IMG/VR virus record: IMGVR_UViG_3300028805_000041
Coordinates: 96,001 to 160,000 of that record
Direction: 5' to 3' (one strand)
Length of the DNA: 64,000 nucleotides
From: a virus
Taxonomy: Duplodnaviria > Caudoviricetes
Position numbers and translations under genes: made by a program. Below, piece by piece: positions 57,552 to 64,000 of the stretch; the stretch's first letter is position 1; each line of letters opens with the position of its first letter. The notes below the pieces were generated by a model that searched no databases, had not been told where the DNA came from, and saw only the letters and a program-made list of their open reading frames with translations.

Positions 57552-59756
57552 ATGATAGTAATTAAGAGAGACAATTCCGAGGAATTATTTCAGGTTGAGA
57601 AAATTGAGAGGGTAGTAAAGAAGGCGTTTGAATCGTGTGGTCTCAGAATGGAATACAGCGTAATTGACTGTATCATTTCGGATTACGACATTGACTCCGA
57701 CACCTATGTTAAGGCGCAGGAACTACAGGATAGGATAGAGAAGTGTCTTATGGATGTAAACAAGGATGCAGCAAGAGCCTACATTGCAAATCACGAACAA
57801 CAGTACGGTAAGACAAAGGTACTGAAAAAGGACAATGATTTCATCAATGACTACATAAACGCATCCAACGCATCAACGGGGTCAAAATATGATGCAAATG
57901 CAAATGTGGAGAATAAGAATATCGTCACTCTCGGACAGGAACTTCACAAGGGGAAGAATATTCAGCAGAATAGATATATGATGCAGAATAAATTGAGACA
58001 ACTGTATTCAAAAAAACTCGCAAATCAGTATGTGAAGGACCTTGAAAGCCATATACTGTACAAACACGATGAATCAGGTACACCTGGTTATCCATATTGT
58101 GTGGCAATCACTATGTATCCGTTCCTTATCGATGGTCTAAAGGAACTTGGTGGGCAATCAACCGCACCAACTGATTTAAAGTCGTTTTGTGGTGAATTCA
58201 TTAACTTAGTTTACTCTGTTTCTTCACAGTTTATGGGTGCTGTAGCAACCCCGGAGTTCCTTATGTATATGGATTATTTCATTAGAAAGGATTATGGTGA
58301 AGACTATTTAAACAAACTTAATGCGGTTGTTGAAATAAATAGAAAGAACAGGACACTTGAAGAGGTAATTGAAAATTGTTTTCAACAAGTCGTACATTCT
58401 ATGAATATGCCGGCAGGTAATCGTGGTTATCAGACCGTCTTTTGGAATATCGGCTATTTTGATGTGAATTATTTCAATGGCGTATTTGGTGAATTCAAGT
58501 TCCCTGACGGTACAAAGCCAAAGTGGGAGACATTGTCTTGGTTACAGAAAAAGTTTATGAAGTGGTTCAATCAGGAGAGGACAAAATACATCCTAACATT
58601 CCCTGTAGAGACTATGGCTATGCTTACAGACGGTCATGACGTTGTCGATAAGGAATATGCTGATTTCACCGCCGAAATGTGGGCTGAAGGTCACTCATTC
58701 TTCTGTTATCTCAGTGATTCGCCCGATAGTCTCTCCAGCTGTTGCCGGTTACGCAACTCATTGAAAGACAGTCAGGATGATGAACACAACCAAACAACAC
58801 ACCAATTCTCTATGGGTACCGCATCAGTTGCAACCGGTTCCAAGTCAGTAATGACAATCAACTTAAACAGGCTTGTACAGGATGCAACAAGAAAGTACTA
58901 TCACGATGTAGAAGGAAGGGATTTGGAACCTGAGAAGCAAGTTGATGTCGCTTCCGTAAAGGACAAGGTTGAACTTTATAGTATGATTGCTACAGAGTTG
59001 GTTAGTGTTGTGGAAAGGGTGCATAAGTACCAAAAGGCTTTCAATTCCATTATTAAGGACTTCTTCAATGCAAATATGCTTGATGTTTACAGGGCGGGAT
59101 TCATTGATCTCAAGAAACAATATCTTACTATTGGTGTTAACGGTTTGACTGATGCTGCTGAGTTCCTTTCTATCGAACCAAATCTCAATAAGGATTATGA
59201 AGAGTTTGTCAATCTAATTCTCGAAACAATCAATAAGTCGAATAAGAAGGACAGGACAAGGGATTGTATGTTCAACACTGAATTTGTACCCGGTGAGAAT
59301 TTGAGTAATAAAAACTATAAGTGGGACAAATTGGACGGATATTATGTTTCTCCAAAGCATATTATGTACAGTAGTTACTTCTTTAACCCTGAGGATGATA
59401 GTCTGTCAATAATCGACAAGATGAAACTGCACGGAAACAATTTTGTCAAGTACCTTGACGGTGGACAGGCTGCACATCTGAATATCAATGAGCACCTTTC
59501 ATTTGCCCAATATAGGCAACTCTTAAAGGTTGCAGCAGAGAATGGGTGTAGTTATTATACATTCAACTGCAAGAACACCGTATGTAATGATTGTGGCTAT
59601 ATAAGTAAGGACACATTGGATACCTGTCCGAAGTGTGGAAGTCAGAATCTCGATTACCTGACAAGAATAATTGGGTATCTCAAGAGAGTTTCTTCATTTG
59701 CTGAACCAAGACAGATTGAGGAAGGTATGAGATACTATTCAAAAAGCGAAGAATAA
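57552..59756 (+). CDS. nrdD: Anaerobic (class III) ribonucleotide reductase with ATP cone
   Basis: VIKRD ATP cone, YKHD, PYC, TFPV, SSCCRL, C..C...CPKC, RIIGYL glycyl-radical motif. Confidence 0.96.
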   Translation: MIVIKRDNSEELFQVEKIERVVKKAFESCGLRMEYSVIDCIISDYDIDSDTYVKAQELQDRIEKCLMDVNKDAARAYIANHEQQYGKTKVLKKDNDFINDYINASNASTGSKYDANANVENKNIVTLGQELHKGKNIQQNRYMMQNKLRQLYSKKLANQYVKDLESHILYKHDESGTPGYPYCVAITMYPFLIDGLKELGGQSTAPTDLKSFCGEFINLVYSVSSQFMGAVATPEFLMYMDYFIRKDYGEDYLNKLNAVVEINRKNRTLEEVIENCFQQVVHSMNMPAGNRGYQTVFWNIGYFDVNYFNGVFGEFKFPDGTKPKWETLSWLQKKFMKWFNQERTKYILTFPVETMAMLTDGHDVVDKEYADFTAEMWAEGHSFFCYLSDSPDSLSSCCRLRNSLKDSQDDEHNQTTHQFSMGTASVATGSKSVMTINLNRLVQDATRKYYHDVEGRDLEPEKQVDVASVKDKVELYSMIATELVSVVERVHKYQKAFNSIIKDFFNANMLDVYRAGFIDLKKQYLTIGVNGLTDAAEFLSIEPNLNKDYEEFVNLILETINKSNKKDRTRDCMFNTEFVPGENLSNKNYKWDKLDGYYVSPKHIMYSSYFFNPEDDSLSIIDKMKLHGNNFVKYLDGGQAAHLNINEHLSFAQYRQLLKVAAENGCSYYTFNCKNTVCNDCGYISKDTLDTCPKCGSQNLDYLTRIIGYLKRVSSFAEPRQIEEGMRYYSKSEE

Positions 59757-59759
59757 AAA

Positions 59760-60020
59760 ATGAAATTATTAAAATTTTCCGCCCCTTGGTGTGGGCAGTG
59801 TAAGGTTCTCTCAAAGAATATGAAGGGCTTTGATGCCTGTGAGGTTGTTGAATGTGATGTTGAGGATGATGCTAATGAGAGTATTGTTGGCAAATATTCA
59901 ATTAAAAGTCTACCAACATTGGTCCTCGTTAATGATGACGGTTCAGAAATAAAGAGATGGAACGGTATTGTTAATGTTAATGACCTTAAGATTGAAATAG
60001 AGGGACTTAAAAATGACTAA
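59760..60020 (+). CDS. Thioredoxin
   Basis: F.APWCGQCK, IKSLPTL. Confidence 0.92.
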   Translation: MKLLKFSAPWCGQCKVLSKNMKGFDACEVVECDVEDDANESIVGKYSIKSLPTLVLVNDDGSEIKRWNGIVNVNDLKIEIEGLKND

Positions 60021-60471
60021 GTACTACAATGCAATGGTGGTTTTTGAGGAGATTCCCGACGAAATCACCCTTGCTATCAATATTACAAACTGTCCTTGCA
60101 GATGTCCCGGCTGTCATTCAAAGTTTTTATGGGGTGACATCGGTGATGAATTGACAAATGAGGAATGTTCTAAACTTGTGGAGAAAAACAAGGGAGTAAC
60201 GTGTGTTTGTTTTATGGGTGGCGATGCTAATCCTGAGGAAATAAATGATTTGGCGGTGTATGTCAAGAACAATTTAGGTCTTAAACCTGCGTGGTATAGT
60301 GGGATGGACGAAATGAGTGAAAAGATAGATGTCAATAATTTTTCATACATCAAAATCGGGCGATATGATGAAAAATACGGACCGCTTAACGTTAAAACGA
60401 CAAATCAGAAGTTGTATAAGGTTTCTAATGGAGAATTGAATGACATAACGGAAAGGTTTTGGAAAAGATAG
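60013..60471 (+). CDS. nrdG: Class III RNR activating radical-SAM enzyme
   Basis: EIPDEITLA, CPCRCPGCH, FMGGD, YIKIG.Y....GPL...TTNQ. Confidence 0.93.
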   Translation: MTKYYNAMVVFEEIPDEITLAINITNCPCRCPGCHSKFLWGDIGDELTNEECSKLVEKNKGVTCVCFMGGDANPEEINDLAVYVKNNLGLKPAWYSGMDEMSEKIDVNNFSYIKIGRYDEKYGPLNVKTTNQKLYKVSNGELNDITERFWKR

Positions 60472-60473
60472 GG

Positions 60474-60502
60474 AAAGAGGTGCAAAAAACACCTCTTTTT
60501 TT
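60474..60502 (+). terminator. Intrinsic terminator
   Basis: AAAGAGGTG/CACCTCTTT + T-run. Confidence 0.85.
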
Positions 60503-60543
60503 GTGTTTATAGGATATTTATATATGATATAACTCAAATTAGA

Positions 60544-60921
60544 ATGTTTGATTACAAACCATATATAAAATCATTGACAAATTTTATGTACAAGAACGGA
60601 TATACAAAGAAACCGTTCCCAAAGGTGTGCTTAATCACAAAGAAACAGGATGAAAAAGTGTTCATAAGAACAGCAAATTACAATCCTGACGAACATATTG
60701 TGAATTTATATATAGCGGATAGACACCCAAAGGATGTTTTGAGGTCATTTGCACATGAGATGATACATCACAAGCAGAATATTGAAGGGAGGCTTGGAGA
60801 AGGGAGTTATGAAGGTGAAAGAATCGTCGATGATGACAAACTGATGGGTCTTGAGAAGGAAGCGTATTTATATGGCAACATTTCCTTCAGAAAATGGACC
60901 GAAACAGTACATAAGGATTGA
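60544..60921 (+). CDS. Small HExxH zinc metallopeptidase-like protein
   Basis: DVLRSFAHEMIHHKQ...EKEA; TATTTAT at 60515-60521. Confidence 0.75.
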   Translation: MFDYKPYIKSLTNFMYKNGYTKKPFPKVCLITKKQDEKVFIRTANYNPDEHIVNLYIADRHPKDVLRSFAHEMIHHKQNIEGRLGEGSYEGERIVDDDKLMGLEKEAYLYGNISFRKWTETVHKD

Positions 60922-60947
60922 AAACAAGTTTATTTGCTTGTTTTTCA

Positions 60948-60977
60948 TAAAAGCAAGTGTTATCGCTTGCTTTTTTC
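60948..60977 (+). terminator. Intrinsic terminator
   Basis: AAAGCAAG/CTTGCTTT + T-run. Confidence 0.75.
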
Positions 60978-61048
60978 TGTTTATAGTGTTATATTTTACA
61001 TAAGTAAAATAATTGATTTCCGGTATTTATTGTTATATAAATAGCATT

Positions 61049-61441
61049 ATGGCAGAAACAACTCAATATTATGGTATAAAGTTCCCCTTTACCGACAATA
61101 ATAACAAGGGGTTCTTTATTGATTTGAACGGCAATCCTGAAGACAAGATTGCAAGTGAAATACTCCACACAATCCTGACAACAAAGGGTACGAGGATACG
61201 TAGACCTGATTTTGGCACGAGATTAATAGATTTTATCTTTGAACCAAGTGACGAACTTACATGGGATAAGGTCGAGGCTGAGGTCAAAAGTGCCGTTCAG
61301 AGATTTGTTCCAAAGACGGTGTTAAACAACATAGAAATTTATGTTGATGAAAATAATGACAGTGCAATCTTTCTTGACCTGGATTATAGCGTAACGAGAG
61401 GTTTGCATATCGTAAATAACAGAATGGTAGTTAAGTTATAA
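61049..61441 (+). CDS. Baseplate wedge protein (T4 gp25-like)
   Basis: GIKFPF, ILTTKGTR...PDFGT.L..FIFEP; ATG at 61049; TATTTAT at 61024-61030. Confidence 0.92.
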   Translation: MAETTQYYGIKFPFTDNNNKGFFIDLNGNPEDKIASEILHTILTTKGTRIRRPDFGTRLIDFIFEPSDELTWDKVEAEVKSAVQRFVPKTVLNNIEIYVDENNDSAIFLDLDYSVTRGLHIVNNRMVVKL

Positions 61442-61446
61442 TTTTT

Positions 61447-63450
61447 ATGGCAGAAAAGAAGATTTCCTATTTGAATCGCACATTTGAGGATTACAGAGAT
61501 TCACTGAAAACACTTATAGCAACTTATTATCCGGATATTGCAAACGATTTCGATGATGCATCGATCGGTTCTTGGCTAATTGACCTTGTTGCTGCAATTG
61601 GTGATAACCTTAGTTATCACATCGACAGTATGTATACTGAGACAAATTTGGACACTGCACGTCAATTGAATTCATTGAAGGCAATTGCAAGGACAAATGG
61701 TTTGAAGATACCCGGTCCTAAGGGTGCAATGGCAGAACTTAGACTTTCTGTTATTTTACCCGTATCGGGAAACTACAGCAACGGCTCACAGTATCCGATG
61801 CCAAACTATTTCTTTGCACCGATTATTAAAAAGGGCACGAGATTCAGAGCAAAGAGCGGTGAATATTTTGAGTTGATGGATGATGTTGATTTCAATAGTC
61901 AATTTAACAATGATGGTGTGTCTGATAGAATTGTTGAGCCATATACAGACTCGAACAGCATTATACAGTCATATCGTGTCACAAAGACAAATGTGGTTGT
62001 GATTGCTGGACAAAGCCAAATTTATCGCGAAGTCATAAAGGGTGAAAACACATTAAAACCATTTATGGAGTACGTAATTCCCGAAACAAATGTAATGAAT
62101 GTTGAGAGCATAATATTCAAGACGGGTGGAAATTTCAGTTCTGATCCTTCTATAAGTGAGTTTATGACAAATAGGGAATACAATTCCATAAATAACGGGG
62201 AAAACGTTGATATTGAATATTATAGGTATTTCGAGGTTGACAATTTGACAGAACAGTACAGATGGGGCGACGATAATACACATCAGAATGGAAATCAGGA
62301 CGTACCACCAACTGTAAGTTATATGTACAGTTATTATTCTGACGGAAAATACATTCCAACAACAATGATAACAAAGGGAATGTGGATACCCCTTACGCAA
62401 AAGTTCATTACTGAATATACCGACAACGGACATTTGAAGATTACATTCGGAAGTGGAGTTCAGCCTAATCATAATATGTCATTAATCAAGAATTGCGATG
62501 ACTATTCAAAAAATGCAATTTCAAAGATGATAATGAACAATTCTCTTGGCAAAACACCTATACCGAATTCGACAATGTACATCCTATACCGTATTGGTGG
62601 CGGCTATGGTTCCAATGTACCTGCTAACACCATAACAAGCATAAGTTATTTGAATTATGAATGGGCACATTGTCCAAGCACCCAAGAGGAAATGGGTGTT
62701 GCACAGGGTGTTATCGGAAGTTTGTCTGTTACAAATCCAGAACCTTCGATATCCGGTAAGGATGGTCCGAATGCAGACGAATTGAGGTATATGATAAAGT
62801 ACAATAATATGGAGCAGAACCGTTGTGTTACGGTAAAGGACTATGAAAGCAGGGTTATGAAGATGCCACCAAGATATGGGTGTCCATTCAGGGTAAGTGC
62901 GACTGAGGAAAACAACAAGATAATGCTGTACCTGCTGAATATAGATAACAATGGGTACTTGACTGATGTCATACCTGCCGCAATGTCAAACAACATCCAA
63001 AAATACCTTACACGTTTCAGGACAATAACTGACTTTGTTGAAATAAAGGCGGGAAGAATAATAAATCTGTCTTTTGAAATTGACATTATCATTGATAAGG
63101 CATATAATACGAATGATGTTATAAGGATGGTTTTGGATAAGGTCAAGGATTATATGGACGTTAACAAGCATTTCCTTGGTGAAGACATTTTTGTTGGTGA
63201 TATTGAAAAGGAAGTAAGTAAGATTGACGGTGTATTGAACCTAATTGATCTTAGGGTATATAACAACTACGACGGAGCATATTCATCAACAATTACAAGC
63301 CAACTGTCCTATGGCGAACCAACTGTTGGTGAAACAAGAAACAGGATTGACCTTGACGCAAGCGATTATGTGCTGTATAGTGAGGCGGATGAGATGTTTG
63401 AGGTGAAATATCCTGAAAGTGACATAAAGGTAAGAGCAAAAACAAGATAA
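61447..63450 (+). CDS. Baseplate wedge protein (T4 gp6/J-like)
   Basis: YP....DF.DASIG..LIDL.A..GD.LSY.ID, ITFGSG, YRIGGG..SNV, QNRCVT..DY. Confidence 0.92.
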   Translation: MAEKKISYLNRTFEDYRDSLKTLIATYYPDIANDFDDASIGSWLIDLVAAIGDNLSYHIDSMYTETNLDTARQLNSLKAIARTNGLKIPGPKGAMAELRLSVILPVSGNYSNGSQYPMPNYFFAPIIKKGTRFRAKSGEYFELMDDVDFNSQFNNDGVSDRIVEPYTDSNSIIQSYRVTKTNVVVIAGQSQIYREVIKGENTLKPFMEYVIPETNVMNVESIIFKTGGNFSSDPSISEFMTNREYNSINNGENVDIEYYRYFEVDNLTEQYRWGDDNTHQNGNQDVPPTVSYMYSYYSDGKYIPTTMITKGMWIPLTQKFITEYTDNGHLKITFGSGVQPNHNMSLIKNCDDYSKNAISKMIMNNSLGKTPIPNSTMYILYRIGGGYGSNVPANTITSISYLNYEWAHCPSTQEEMGVAQGVIGSLSVTNPEPSISGKDGPNADELRYMIKYNNMEQNRCVTVKDYESRVMKMPPRYGCPFRVSATEENNKIMLYLLNIDNNGYLTDVIPAAMSNNIQKYLTRFRTITDFVEIKAGRIINLSFEIDIIIDKAYNTNDVIRMVLDKVKDYMDVNKHFLGEDIFVGDIEKEVSKIDGVLNLIDLRVYNNYDGAYSSTITSQLSYGEPTVGETRNRIDLDASDYVLYSEADEMFEVKYPESDIKVRAKTR

Positions 63451-63451
63451 T

Positions 63452-63703
63452 ATGGCATGTAATTGTGCAACAAACGAACAGTTAAACGAAATATACAAAA
63501 AATTTGGAACGAAGATAAGGGTGTCTAAAAGCGACAGCCTCGCATTTAGGGTAAAGGCGTTTATGATGAACACATTTGCACTGACAACGCTTATTACTAC
63601 AGCACCCATTTTAATGTTTTACATTACATTTAACTATGCGCGTGGAAACAACAAAATAAGTCTCGCCGATTTTTTCGGTTTAAGAAGGGAAACAATAGTT
63701 TAA
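63452..63703 (+). CDS. Small predicted membrane protein
   Basis: MACNC start; hydrophobic TFALTTLITTAPILMFYITF segment. Confidence 0.55.
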   Translation: MACNCATNEQLNEIYKKFGTKIRVSKSDSLAFRVKAFMMNTFALTTLITTAPILMFYITFNYARGNNKISLADFFGLRRETIV

Positions 63704-63706
63704 ACA

Positions 63707-64000
63707 ATGTCAGACAACAATCGCAATTTAAGGGTTAGGGCAAATATCAATGGCAACGAGAACAACGTATCGCTTAAACTTGACCAAGATATAGACAACA
63801 TAGATATCCTCTCATTGAGTATATCAACCGGTAATTTCTACAAATACCATACTTCTGATTATGGTTGTCTTGTCGGTAGGGTAATAGCAAATGGCGGTAT
63901 TGGCGTTCCCAATGCAAGAATTTCATTATTTGTACAGGCAGATAACAATTGGTTGGATGAGAACATTCTCTCTGATTTATATCCATACACGTCAGTTGTG
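63707..64000 (+). CDS. Partial baseplate-associated protein (carboxypeptidase-regulatory-like N-terminus)
   Basis: Manual translation MSDNNRNLRVRANING...LDQD.D.IDILSL...YG.LVGRVIANGG.GVPNARISLF, open to window end. Confidence 0.7.
   Translation, partial: MSDNNRNLRVRANINGNENNVSLKLDQDIDNIDILSLSISTGNFYKYHTSDYGCLVGRVIANGGIGVPNARISLFVQADNNWLDENILSDLYPYTSVV

Noticed and set aside
9356-59756. Inteins or introns in polymerase, helicases, RecA or NrdD
   Set aside because: No C...HN splice motifs, LAGLIDADG blocks or ORF breaks seen; insertions are short
60469-60546. TAG read-through fusing nrdG to the HExxH gene (in frame, no intervening stop)
   Set aside because: A terminator and a separate late motif lie in the gap; likely coincidence
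346-63986. Numerous short antisense or nested ORFs in the track
   Set aside because: Shadows of long genes with no motifs or independent signals
1-64000. Stop-codon reassignment (code 15 or 4)
   Set aside because: Core genes are full length under the standard code and TAG/TGA fall at plausible gene ends

Overview
AT-rich, densely coding 64-kb segment of a large contractile-tailed (myovirus, probably jumbo) phage genome; no bacterial housekeeping genes, rRNA, tRNA or CRISPR array were seen. It interleaves a tail/baseplate gene set (fibres, neck, sheath, tube, hub chaperones, tape measure, LysM/gp53-, gp27-, gp25- and gp6-like proteins) with T4-like replication genes (family B polymerase, SNF2 helicase, gp32-like SSB, RecA/UvsX, 5'-3' exonuclease, DnaB-like helicase, class III RNR nrdD-thioredoxin-nrdG). 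TAnnTTTG promoter elements, a D-[ST]-hydrophobic lipoprotein, BspA LRRs and a Fib_succ_major domain point to an anaerobic Bacteroidota (Bacteroidales-like) host. Main leads: (1) a two-class promoter code (TATTTAT before virion genes, TATATTTG before replication genes); (2) a dispersed set of late proteins sharing an LTES/(I/L)NE leader, a candidate capsid-targeting and protease-processing system; (3) two apparently circularly permuted ligand-binding domains in virion adhesins; (4) an island between oppositely oriented sheath and tube genes carrying an RNA ligase + HD-Pnk repair pair and a glycosylation-motif-packed lipoprotein. All family calls come from motif recognition by eye; no database search was run.
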